Shown here: piece after piece, positions 27,166-36,639 of the stretch
Numbering within the stretch: the first letter of the stretch is position 1
Layout: the number at the start of each line of letters is the position of its first letter
NCBI GenBank assembly: GCA_963829195.1
Contig: CAWHHS010000006.1
Coordinates: 798,006-862,005, forward strand
Direction of reading: 5' to 3'
DNA length: 64,000 nucleotides
From: an uncultured Actinomycetes bacterium
GTDB lineage: Bacteria; Actinomycetota; Acidimicrobiia; IMCC26256; PALSA-610
The notes under the pieces: model-generated
What the model was told of the DNA's origin: nothing
The model's database searches: none
What the model saw: only the letters and a program-made list of their open reading frames with translations
Program-made: the position numbers and the translations under genes

Positions 27166-28256
27166 ATGAAGCCGGTCGAGCTCGGTGCGCAACGACCGCG
27201 TGGCCGACGCCGGTACCTGATCATCGCCGCGATCGTCGGAGTGGTCGCGTTGGCGAGCGTGCTCGTCGCCGCGGGCTCGAAGCCAACGCGATCTCCGGAC
27301 CGGTCGACACGTCGAACCTCCCGCGCAACGGTCCGGCGCCAACCCTGATCGCGAAGGGCTGGATCAATTCCGCGCCGCTGACCCGGACCGCGCTCGCGGG
27401 AAAGGTCGTGCTGTACGACTTCTGGACCTATTCGTGCATCAACTGCGTACGCACGCTGCCCTACATCCGCGCCTGGTACGACCGGTACCGCGCCGACGGC
27501 CTCGTCATCGTCGGCGTGCACTCCCCCGAGTTCGACTTCGAGAAGGTGCACAACAACGTCGCGGCCGCGGTCAAACGCCTCGACGTGACGTGGCCCGTCG
27601 CGCTCGACGACAACGAGACGATCTGGAAGTCGTTCGACAACCATTATTGGCCCGCCGACTACGTCGCCGACCGCACCGGCGAGCTTCGCTACTCGCACTT
27701 CGGCGAGGGCGACTACGACAACACCGAGAACGTCCTGCGCACGTTGCTCGGCGTCGCCCCGTCGTCGCCGCGCGCGGACAAGGGCGTGAAGGCCGAAACG
27801 GCGTCGGGCCAGAGCGTGAACCAGGAGACGTACCTCGACGTGCAGCACCAGCAGATCGGCGCGCAGCCCGGTGTGCACAGGTACACCGCCGGCGCCACTC
27901 AGACGCAGCCGGGTTCGGTCACGCTCACGGGCACGTGGAACGGCGCGGACGAGAAGATCACCGCCGCGGCTCCCGGCGCGACGATCGCGCTCGGCGTGCA
28001 CGCCCAGTCGGTGAACCTCGTGCTCGCGACCGCCACGGGCCAACCGCTCGACGCGATCGTGACGCTCGACGGGCGACCCGTTCCGGTCGCCGACCGCGGC
28101 TCCGACATCACCGTCGACGCCACGGGCCGGACCGTCGTACGCGTCGTCGCGCCGAACATGTACCGCCTCGTGCTCGCGCCCGGGGTCGAGGATCATCAGC
28201 TCTCCGTCGTGGCGGAGCAGCCCGGGCTCGAGGCCTACGATTTCACGTTCGGGTAG
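27166..28256 (+). CDS. membrane-anchored thioredoxin-like protein with DipZ-type C-terminal domain; one frame break
   Basis: TM anchor YLIIAAIVGVVALASVLVAAG, then (other frame) FWTYSCINCVRTLP (CxxC), GVHSPEFDFE, WPALYV-like NHYWPADYVADRTG, and a long beta-rich C-terminus. Break near 27290. Confidence 0.7.
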
Positions 28257-28280
28257 GACCCTCGTGACGCCGGGCCGCAC

Positions 28281-28994
28281 ATGAGCAACACGGTGACGCA
28301 GGTCGTCGCGCTGTTCGGCGCCGGGGTCGCCTCGTTCCTCGCCCCGTGCATCGTCCCGCTCGTCCCCGCGTACCTCGGGATCATCGTCGGCGAGATCGGT
28401 GACGCGCACGATCCCGCGCGCGCCGTCCCCGCGACGCTGCTGTTCATCGCCGGGTTTACGACCGTGTTCGCCGGATTGGGAGCGACCGCCGGCCTGCTCG
28501 GCTCGTCGCTGTCGACGTTCCAGACGTCGGTGCGCATCGGCGGCGGCATCGTCATCGCGGTGATGGGACTCGCGTTGCTGGGCGTGCTGCGGGGCCCGTT
28601 CGCGCGCGAGCGGCGCCTCATCCCGACGCTTCCCAAGGTCACCGGCGTCGTGCGGCCGTACGTGGTCGGAGTCGCGTTCGGCGCGGGGTGGAGCCCGTGT
28701 GTCGGTCCATTGCTCGCCGCCGCGCTCACGATCGCGGCGCGTTCGCAGGAGGTCGGGCGCGGCACACTGCTGCTCAGCGCGTACGCGGCCGGGATCGGCG
28801 TGCCCTTCCTGCTGGCCGCGCTCGGGCTGGCGTCCTCACCGGCGCTGGCCGAGCGGTTGCGGCGCGCGGGCCCGCGCCTGGAACGGATCGCGGGCTTCCT
28901 GCTCGTCGGGCTCGGGGTCCTGCTGTTCACCGACACCTACGTGCATCTCACGTCGTACCTCGCGTGCTTCGTGCCCGCCGTGCACGGCCTCTGA
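28281..28994 (+). CDS. ccdA: cytochrome c biogenesis / thiol-disulfide transporter CcdA (DsbD core)
   Basis: GAGVASFLAPCIVPLVPAYLG and GAGWSPCVGPLLAAAL: the two conserved Cys-containing TM motifs. Confidence 0.85.
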   Translation: MSNTVTQVVALFGAGVASFLAPCIVPLVPAYLGIIVGEIGDAHDPARAVPATLLFIAGFTTVFAGLGATAGLLGSSLSTFQTSVRIGGGIVIAVMGLALLGVLRGPFARERRLIPTLPKVTGVVRPYVVGVAFGAGWSPCVGPLLAAALTIAARSQEVGRGTLLLSAYAAGIGVPFLLAALGLASSPALAERLRRAGPRLERIAGFLLVGLGVLLFTDTYVHLTSYLACFVPAVHGL

Positions 28995-29002
28995 CGCCCA
29001 AC

Positions 29003-29134
29003 ACCCTGCCAACAGTTGTCAGCGTTACTGGCGCGTGGAACCACTTACCCTGCCAACAGTTGTCAGCGTTACTGGCGCGTGGAACCACTTACCCTGCCAA
29101 CTGTTGTCAGCGTAAGTGGCGCGTGGAACCTCGG
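29003..29134. repeat. 3 tandem copies of a 44-bp unit in the convergent ccdA/modC intergenic space
   Basis: Unit ACCCTGCCAACAGTTGTCAGCGTTACTGGCGCGTGGAACCACTT. Identical at 29003-29046 and 29047-29090. The third copy (29091-29134) differs at about 7 positions. Confidence 0.9.
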
Positions 29135-29143
29135 ACCGTGCCG

Positions 29144-30194
29144 TCACGCGGGGTGCACCTCGACCTCGGTCGCCTTCACCGCCGCCCACACCGGCGCCCC
29201 CTCGACGAGGCCGAACGCGGCGACGGCCGCGGGCGTGACCTCCGCGACGATCGGCATCGCCCCCGCGACCCGAACGCGCACTCGACTCCCACTGCGCTCG
29301 AGCGCCGCCACGACGCCCGGCCAGACGTTGCGCGCGCTCCCCTCCGGCTGCGCGCGGTGCAGCACGACCGAGTGCGGCGCGATGATCGCTATCACGTCAC
29401 CGTGGTATTCGTCGGCCGTGGTCACGACCTCCGCTCCGATGTGGACGCGGTCACCGTCGGCCCGGCCGCGATAGAGGTTCACGCCCGCGAGCTCAGCCAC
29501 GTACGGCGACTTCGGCCGGTTCAGCACGTCGTCGGGCCGGCCCTGCTGCACTACGCGGCCGGCCTCTACGATGAGCAGGCGATCGGCGAGGGTCACCGCG
29601 TCGATCGGGTCATGGGTCACGAGGACGCGAGCACCCGCGAACCGTGCGAGCGCCGCCCGGAGGTGCCGGCGCGTCTCGACGCGAGTCTGCACGTCGAGCG
29701 CGGCGAGCGGTTCGTCGAGCAACAAGAGGGCCGGCTCGGTCGCGAGGGCGCGCGCCAGCGCCACGCGTTGCGCCTGCCCGCCCGAGAGCGCGCCCGGCCG
29801 TGCCGCCGGATCGACGCCCGCGTCCATCTCCGCGAGCAACGCGCCCGCCCGAGCGCGCGCGACCTTGCGCATCTCGCCGCGCTCGCGCAGGCCGAACGCC
29901 ACGTTGTCGAGGGCGCTGAGGTGCGCGAACAGCAGGTAGTCCTGGAAGACGACACCGACCGAACGTCGCTCGGGCGGCACGAACCGGCCCGTCGCAGGAT
30001 CGTCGACGACGGTGCCGTCGATCGAGATGCAGCCGTCGTCGATCGGTAGGAGTCCCGTCGAGCGCGCGCAACAACGTGGTCTTGCCCGCACCGTTCGGCC
30101 CGAGCACCGCGAGAAGCTCGCCGTCGGCCACCGCGAGCTCGACGTCGAGCGAGAACGGGCCGACCGAGACCCGGACGGCGGCGTCGACGCTCAC
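29144..30194 (-). CDS. modC: molybdate ABC transporter ATP-binding protein ModC with C-terminal TOBE-like domain; one frame break
   Basis: GPNGAGKTTLLRAL (Walker A) in one frame. LSGGQAQRVALARAL, LLLLDEP, VTHD and the TOBE-like tail in the frame ending at 29144. Break near 30055. GTGA overlap with the modB stop. Confidence 0.8.
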
Positions 30195-31010
30195 AGCGCG
30201 GAGAGCCAGCGGTCGCGCAGGCTGAGGAGTACGAGCAGCGAGACCGCGACGAGCACGAGGCTCAACACGATCGCCGCGTCGGAGTTCGCACCCTCGAACG
30301 TGGTGTAGATGAACAACGGCAACGTCTGGGTCTTGCCCTGCGGCGTTGCCCGCGAACATGATCGTCGCGCCGAACTCGCCGAGCGCGCGCGCCCAGCACA
30401 ACACCGCGCCGGCCACGAGCGACGGCCGGATCATCGGCAGCGTGACCCGCCGGAAGACGCTGAGCCGGGAGGCGCCGAGCGTGCGCGCCGCGTCCTCGAA
30501 GCGCCGATCCGCCGAACGGAACGCGGCTTCGACGGTGAGCACGAGGAAGGGCATCGACACGAACGCCTCCGCCACCACCGCGCCCAGGACGTGGAACGGG
30601 AGATGGACTCCGACCCGGTCGAGGTACTGACCGACCAGACCGTGCCGACCGAGCGCGAGCAGCAGGGCAACGCCGCCGACGACGGGCGGCAGGACCATCG
30701 GCAGCAGGGTGAGCGCGCGCACGACGCTGCGACCCGGGTACGCGACGCGGGCCTGCACCCAGGCGAGCGGCACGCCGAAGACGAGTGCGATCGCGGTCGC
30801 CGCGAGCGACGTCTCCAGCGAGAGCCACAGCGCACTGCGCGCCTGACCGCTCGAGAGAATCTTCCAGGTCGTCGACCACGGCGCGCGCCAGACGAGACCG
30901 GCGAGCGGTACGACGAAGAAGAGCGCGGCCAGGCCCGCACCGATCACGACGACGGCCGGCGCCCCCGATGGCGATCGCCGGCGGCGGTTCTGCGTCGCGG
31001 TTCGGCTCAT
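30191..31010 (-). CDS. modB: molybdate ABC transporter permease ModB; one frame break
   Basis: ...EAAFRSADRRFEDAARTLGASRLSVFRRVTLP (EAA loop), FGATIMFAGNAAG | KTQTLPLFIYTTFEG... Break near 30335. Confidence 0.8.
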
Positions 31011-31012
31011 AC

Positions 31013-31825
31013 TCAGCTCGGCGCCAGGAAGCCTCTCGCCTGCAAGGCGTGCTGGCCCGACCCGCTGACGATCTCGTCGACGAAAGCCTCGGCGGCCGCC
31101 AGGTTCTTCGACGCCTTCACGACTGCGATCGGATACGTCGCGATCTCGTTCTGGCTGTCGGGGATCACGACGCCCTCGACCTTGCTCCCCGCGGCCTTCA
31201 CGTCGGTGACGTAGACAACGACCGCGTCGGCATCACCCGAGGTTAGCTTCGCGAGGGTCGACTTCACGTCGAGCTCGTTCGATGCCGGCTTCGGGGCCGC
31301 CAGCCCGGCTTCCTGGAATGCGAGGCGCGCGTAGTTCCCGGCGGGCACCGACGGATCCTCGAGCACGAGCGTCACGCCGGGCTTTTCGAGGTCGGCCAGG
31401 CTCGTGATGTGCTTCGGGTTCCCCGGCGCAACCGCGATCTCGAGCTTGTTGCGCGCGAACGTCTTCGGCGTCTCGACCAGTCCGGCCGTCACGAGCTTCT
31501 GCATGTTCTTCTGGTCGGCCGACGCGAACACGTCGGCCGGGGCGCCGTTCTGGATCTGGGTGACGAGCATCTGCGAACCCGCGAATTCGTTCGTCAGCGT
31601 CAACGCCGGGTCGCTCATCTTCAACGCGGCCTTCTCGTCGTCGAACGCCTCGGTGAGCGACGCGGCCGCGAACACCGTCAGCGAGCCGGTGAGCTTCGCC
31701 GGGGTCGCGCCGGAGACCGTGGTCGGCGCCGAGCCCGACGACTTGCTGCTGCTCCCGCAGGCCGCCGCGACCAACGCGAAGCAGACCAGAACGATCGCGC
31801 CCCGACGCGGAGACGTGCGCACCAT
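31013..31825 (-). CDS. modA: molybdate-binding periplasmic lipoprotein ModA
   Basis: Lipobox LVAAACGSS, TVFAAASL, ADVFASAD, IATYPIAVV. Intact. Confidence 0.85.
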   Translation of the reverse strand: MVRTSPRRGAIVLVCFALVAAACGSSSKSSGSAPTTVSGATPAKLTGSLTVFAAASLTEAFDDEKAALKMSDPALTLTNEFAGSQMLVTQIQNGAPADVFASADQKNMQKLVTAGLVETPKTFARNKLEIAVAPGNPKHITSLADLEKPGVTLVLEDPSVPAGNYARLAFQEAGLAAPKPASNELDVKSTLAKLTSGDADAVVVYVTDVKAAGSKVEGVVIPDSQNEIATYPIAVVKASKNLAAAEAFVDEIVSGSGQHALQARGFLAPS

Positions 31826-31956
31826 CGGAGAACCCCCGGACCTCGAACGGACTGGACTAGTCGAAATGAGACTATCTGGCCGAACGGTCCGCCGCCGTCC
31901 CCCGGCCCGCCGGCCGCGGGTACCATCCCGCCGGACCGAAACGTGGAGGTGTCGTC

Positions 31957-33420
31957 GTGAGAGTGCACGAGAAGCTGTTCATCGGGGGCGAGTGGGTGGA
32001 TCCGGCGACGGACGCCGTCATCGACGTCATCTCGCCCCACACCGAGGAGATCGTCGGTCGCGTTCCCGACGCGTCGAACGCCGATGTCGACCGCGCCGTC
32101 GCGACCGCGCGCGCCACGCTCGACGACGGCGACTGGCCGCGGCTCGCACCCGAGGAGCGCATCGCGGCGGTGCAGCGCTTCGCCGAGGTCTACGCCGGGC
32201 GGCTCGGCGACATGGCCGACATCATCACCGAGGAGATGGGCTCGCCGATCTCGTTCTCGCAGCTGGGCCAGTCGGCCGCGGCGTGGATGATCATCAACAC
32301 GTTCGTCGGCATCGCCCAGCAGTTCCCGTGGGAGGACACCCGCACCGGCATGCTCGGCACGGATGTGATCGTCCGCCACGAGCCCGTCGGGGTGGTCGCC
32401 GGCATCGTGCCGTGGAACGTTCCCCAGTTCGTCACGATCGCCAAACTCGTGCCCGCGCTGTTGACGGGCTGCTCGATCGTGCTCAAGCCCGCGCCCGAGA
32501 CCCCGCTCGACTCGTACCTCATGGCCGAGCTCCTCGTCGAGGCCGGGATCCCGAAGGGTGTCGTCTCGATCCTGCCCGCGGGCCGCGAGGTCGGTGAGCA
32601 CCTCGTACGCCACCCCGGGATCGACAAGGTCGCGTTCACCGGCTCGACCGCCGCAGGCCGGCGCATCGCCGCCATCTGCGGCGAGCAGCTCAAGCGCGTC
32701 AGCCTCGAGCTCGGCGGGAAGTCGGCCGCGATCATCCTCGACGACGCCGACCTCGCGGCGACGGTCGAAGGTCTGAAGACGGCGTCGCTCATGAACAACG
32801 GCCAGGCGTGCGTCGCGCAGACGCGCATCCTCGCGAGCCGCAGCCGTTACGACGAGGTCGTCGACGCGGTGTCGGCGATGGTCGGCTCGCTCGCGGTCGG
32901 CGACCCGGCCGATGCGGCAACCGAGATCGGCCCGCTCGTCGCCAAGCGTCAACAGGAACGCGTCGAGAAGTACATCGCGCTCGGCCAGGAGGAAGGCGCG
33001 CGGGTGACGGTCGGCGGCAACGGCCTTCCGCCCGGCATCGACCGCGGTTGGTATGTGCAACCGACCGTGTTCGCCAACGCCACGAACGACATGCGGATCG
33101 CGCGCGAGGAGATCTTCGGACCCGTCCTGACCGTCATCCCCTACGACGACGTGCGCGACGCGGTCCGGATCGCGAACGACAGCGAGTACGGGCTCGCGGG
33201 CTCGGTCTGGACCGCCGACGTCGAACAGGGTCTCGACATCGCGCGGCGCGTCCGCACCGGCACCTACGCCGTCAACCAGTACACGATGGACTTCGTCGCA
33301 CCGTTCGGCGGCTACAAGGCATCGGGTATCGGGCGCGAGTTCGGCAAAGAGGGGCTCGAGCACTACATCGAGCTCAAGACGATCGTGCCGCCGGGTGGCG
33401 GCATCACCGCCGCAGGCTGA
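31957..33420 (+). CDS. NAD(P)-dependent aldehyde dehydrogenase
   Basis: Intact 487 aa. VPWNVPQF, FTGSTAAG, ELGGKSA, NNGQACVAQTR (catalytic Cys), EEIFGPV. Confidence 0.9.
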   Translation: MRVHEKLFIGGEWVDPATDAVIDVISPHTEEIVGRVPDASNADVDRAVATARATLDDGDWPRLAPEERIAAVQRFAEVYAGRLGDMADIITEEMGSPISFSQLGQSAAAWMIINTFVGIAQQFPWEDTRTGMLGTDVIVRHEPVGVVAGIVPWNVPQFVTIAKLVPALLTGCSIVLKPAPETPLDSYLMAELLVEAGIPKGVVSILPAGREVGEHLVRHPGIDKVAFTGSTAAGRRIAAICGEQLKRVSLELGGKSAAIILDDADLAATVEGLKTASLMNNGQACVAQTRILASRSRYDEVVDAVSAMVGSLAVGDPADAATEIGPLVAKRQQERVEKYIALGQEEGARVTVGGNGLPPGIDRGWYVQPTVFANATNDMRIAREEIFGPVLTVIPYDDVRDAVRIANDSEYGLAGSVWTADVEQGLDIARRVRTGTYAVNQYTMDFVAPFGGYKASGIGREFGKEGLEHYIELKTIVPPGGGITAAG

Positions 33421-33423
33421 CCG

Positions 33424-33831
33424 TTACGAACGAGGCGGAGGCGAGAGCGCCGCGACCGGGTCGACGTAGGTCTTCAGTTCGATCACGTTGCCACTCGGGT
33501 CGAGGAGCTTCGCCTTCGTCTGTTCGCGCGGCGTTCCCGCGTCGTCCGTGGTGACGGGGCTGACGAACTCGACCCCGCGTGCCTCGACGCGGGCCAACAG
33601 CGCGTCGAACGCGTCGGCGCCGAGCGTCACTCCGAAGTGGTGCACGCCGCGTTCGTCGGGCGCGCGTACCTGTCCGGGCGCGTCGTGCAGCGTCACCTGC
33701 ATGCCGAAGAACCAGACGTCGGCGAAGTCGCCCTGCACGCGACCGAGCCCGCAACCGAGCGTCTCGACGTAGAAGTCGATGCTCTCCGCCAGATCGCGGA
33801 CGGGGATCGACAAGTGCAGCATCGGTTCCAC
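33424..33831 (-). CDS. VOC/glyoxalase-family protein
   Basis: MLHLSIPVRDLAESIDFYVETLG...HHFGVTL...DPSGNVIELK. Confidence 0.75.
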   Translation of the reverse strand: MEPMLHLSIPVRDLAESIDFYVETLGCGLGRVQGDFADVWFFGMQVTLHDAPGQVRAPDERGVHHFGVTLGADAFDALLARVEARGVEFVSPVTTDDAGTPREQTKAKLLDPSGNVIELKTYVDPVAALSPPPRS

Positions 33832-33872
33832 CGACCGGAGCCTACGAACGCGCGCCCGGCCGGCGCGCCGAT

Positions 33873-34952
33873 TTACGCGAAGACCACGGTGCGGCGTTCC
33901 GCGGCCGATCGGCGCATCCCGTCGAGCACGACCATGTCGGCGACGCCGTCTTCGAACGTCGCCGGCGCGGGCCCGGGCGGCGGTTCGGTGCCTTCGATAC
34001 GGGCGCGGAAGTGCTCGGCCAACCGCGTGTACGGGCCGAGGTCGAAGCCGTGCCCGGTCATCTGCTCGTACGCGGTGGTGAGGAGCTCGGGCGGCGGCGA
34101 GGCCGGCGGCGCAGTGCGCAGGTCGTCAGGGATGTCGAGCCGGCGGGCACCGCGCGCGTCGGCGACGCGCACCGTGTCCCCGACGCCTTCGATCCATGCC
34201 GTGCCCCGCGTGCCCACCACCCGCGTCTCGATGAGCATCGGGCCGCGGTCGGCGGCGGTGCTCTGCATGACACCCGCGACCCCGGAACGCGTCCGGAAGT
34301 GCACGACGAAACCGTCGTCGGCCGTGGTGCGGCGCGCGATGCGGACGACCGCGGCCGTGACGGCCTCGAACTCGCCGAGCGTGACGCGGATCTGATCGAT
34401 GACCTGTGAACCGTGCGCCCCGAGCCACCCGCCGCCCTGCGCCGCATCGGCCCACCATTCCGGGAGGCGGGCGTCGGCGTCGGACGAGCATCGGCACGTG
34501 CAGCACGAACATCGCGAGCCGGGGATCGCCGACAGCGCCCGTCGCGCGATCGCCCGGGCGAGGAGCGCCTGGCCGGTGTCGAAGCGGAATTCCGTACCGA
34601 GGAGGTGCACGACCCCGGCGTGACGGGCCGCGGCCAGCATCGTGCGTCCTTCGGTCGCGTCGCGCGCGAACGGCTTCTCGCACAGCACGTGCTTGCCCTT
34701 GCGCAACGCGTGCAGCACGAGCGGCGCGTGCGTGTTCGGCGGCGTGGCGACGGTGACGGCATCCGCTCCGGGTAAGGCGAGCGCGTCGTCGAACGACGTG
34801 CACGCGCGCGGCACGCCGACGGCTTCCGCCCGCCGTGCCGTCTTGTCGGGATCACGCCCGACGAGCGCGACGACGTCGAGACCCGCGCCGCGCAGCGCCG
34901 GGACATGGGTCAGACACCCGAAGCCGGTACCCACGACGACGACACCGGTCAC
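33873..34952 (-). CDS. Gfo/Idh/MocA-family oxidoreductase (paralog 2)
   Basis: VVVVGTGFGCLTHVPAL, HVLCEKPFARD. GTGA overlap with the paralog-1 stop. The ORF is open, but a ~60-nt internal stretch reads better in another frame when compared with paralog 1 (see finding). Confidence 0.75.
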   Translation of the reverse strand: MTGVVVVGTGFGCLTHVPALRGAGLDVVALVGRDPDKTARRAEAVGVPRACTSFDDALALPGADAVTVATPPNTHAPLVLHALRKGKHVLCEKPFARDATEGRTMLAAARHAGVVHLLGTEFRFDTGQALLARAIARRALSAIPGSRCSCCTCRCSSDADARLPEWWADAAQGGGWLGAHGSQVIDQIRVTLGEFEAVTAAVVRIARRTTADDGFVVHFRTRSGVAGVMQSTAADRGPMLIETRVVGTRGTAWIEGVGDTVRVADARGARRLDIPDDLRTAPPASPPPELLTTAYEQMTGHGFDLGPYTRLAEHFRARIEGTEPPPGPAPATFEDGVADMVVLDGMRRSAAERRTVVFA

Positions 34953-36029
34953 TTCGCGACCTCGATCGAACGGCCTTCCCGCGCCGATCGCCGGATCGCG
35001 TCGAGCACGTTCATGGTCGCGACGCCGTCGGCGAACGTCGCCGGCACCGGATCGTCGGGCATGGGCCGGCCCTCGATGCGAGCGAGGAACCGCTCGGCGA
35101 GGCGCGTGTACGGGCCGAGGTCGAGGCCGGTCGAGTGCAGCAGGTCGTACGCGCTCGACGAGGAGATCGGCGGGCGGCGGATCGGGCGCGCCGACCGCGA
35201 GATCGGCCGGCGCGGGGACGTCGCGGGTGCCGCCCGCGTCCGCGACCTGTACCCGGTCGCCTTCCGCCCACGCGGTCCCGTCCGTACCGGCGACCCGGGT
35301 CGCGAACAGCATCGGCCCGCGATCGCTCGCGACGCTCTGCATGAAGCCGACACAACCGTCCCGCAGCTGGAAATGCGCGAGGTACGCGTCCTCCGCCGTC
35401 CACGGGTGGTCGCCGACGTGCGGCAGGCTCGCGCTCACGGTCGCGAACTCGCCGAGCGTGCTGCGGATCTGGTCGATCACGTGCGACGCCTGCGCGCCGA
35501 GCCAACCGCCGCCCTGATCCGCGTCGCTCCACCAGCCCGGCACCTCGACGTCGGGCCCGGCAAGGAGTGGGATGTGCAACAGGAACGTCGCCAGGCGCGG
35601 CGCACCGATGGCTCCGCCCCGGATCGTGCGGGCCAGCAGGGCCTGGCCCGGCGCGAAACGGAACTCGGTGCCGAGGAAATGCACGACACCCGCCTGTTCC
35701 GCCGCCGCGAGCACGGCGCGGGCTTCGGCCGCGTCGCGCGTGAAGGGCTTCTCGCACAGCACGTGCTTGCCCGCCTCCACGGCCTCGAGACACAGGTCGG
35801 CGTGGGTGTGCGGCGGCGTCGCGATCGTCACCGCGTCGACACCGGGAACCCGCAGTGCGTCGGCGAGGCTCGTGCACGCGTGGGGGATCTCGAACCGCGC
35901 GGCGCGCGCCGCTGTCTTGTCGGCGTCACGGCCGACGAGCGCATGCACCTCGAACCCGGCCGCACGCAGCGCGCGGACGTGGGTGAGGCAGCCGAATCCC
36001 GTGCCGACGACCGCGGCGCCGGTGCTCAC
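34949..36029 (-). CDS. Gfo/Idh/MocA-family oxidoreductase (paralog 1); one frame break
   Basis: AAVVGTGFGCLTHVRAL, HVLCEKPFTRD. The C-terminus (LGPYTRLAERFLARIEG...IRRSAREGRSIEVAK) is in the frame ending at 34949. Break near 35160. GTGA overlap with the upstream CMD gene. Confidence 0.75.
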
Positions 36030-36550
36030 GCGGGGATGCCCGCCGCGTTCGCGACCATCGAGAGCATCGTGTACTGGCCGACGACGAACAGGATCTCGAC
36101 CAGCGCCGGTGCGTCGTAGGCCCCGGCGAGCACCGACCAGGTCGCGTCGCTCACGTCGCGGTCCCGGAGCAGCTCGTCGGCCGCGGTGAGCAGCGCCCGC
36201 TCGACCGCCGTCCACCCCTCCGCCGTGACGGACCCGCGCACCCGCGCGATCTCGTCTTCGGTCAGACCGGCCTCGCGCGCGTAGTCGGCGTGCTCGACCC
36301 ATTCGAACTCCGAACCGCAGTTCGACGCGGCCCGCAACGCCAAGAGCTCGTGATCACGGTGTGGGAGCACGCCGTTCAGCGCGAGTGCGGCGGCCCAACC
36401 GAGGAACGGGGCGAGCAGCTCGGGCCGGCGCGCGAGCACCGCCATCGTGCGCGCCGGTTCCTTCCCCGGCGGCGCGATCAACCCGAGCAACTCGCGCACG
36501 TCGGCTCGTAACTCGTCGGGCCGTGGCACTGCAATGCGAACGCCGTGCAT
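36026..36550 (-). CDS. carboxymuconolactone decarboxylase (AhpD-like) family protein
   Basis: ...LPHRDHELLALRAASNCGSEFEWVEH...LVEILFVVGQYTML. Confidence 0.7.
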   Translation of the reverse strand: MHGVRIAVPRPDELRADVRELLGLIAPPGKEPARTMAVLARRPELLAPFLGWAAALALNGVLPHRDHELLALRAASNCGSEFEWVEHADYAREAGLTEDEIARVRGSVTAEGWTAVERALLTAADELLRDRDVSDATWSVLAGAYDAPALVEILFVVGQYTMLSMVANAAGIPA

Positions 36551-36639
36551 CGTCTCTCCCTCCGGTCATTTCCGTCATCGGATCGGCGGCGCGCACCCGA
36601 GCGCTTCCAGCGCCGCGCCCGTCCTTCGTCACCGCCGGA

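Noticed and set aside
29003-29134. Possible CRISPR array
   Set aside because: The repeats are directly abutting 44-mers with no spacers. There are only three copies and no cas genes.
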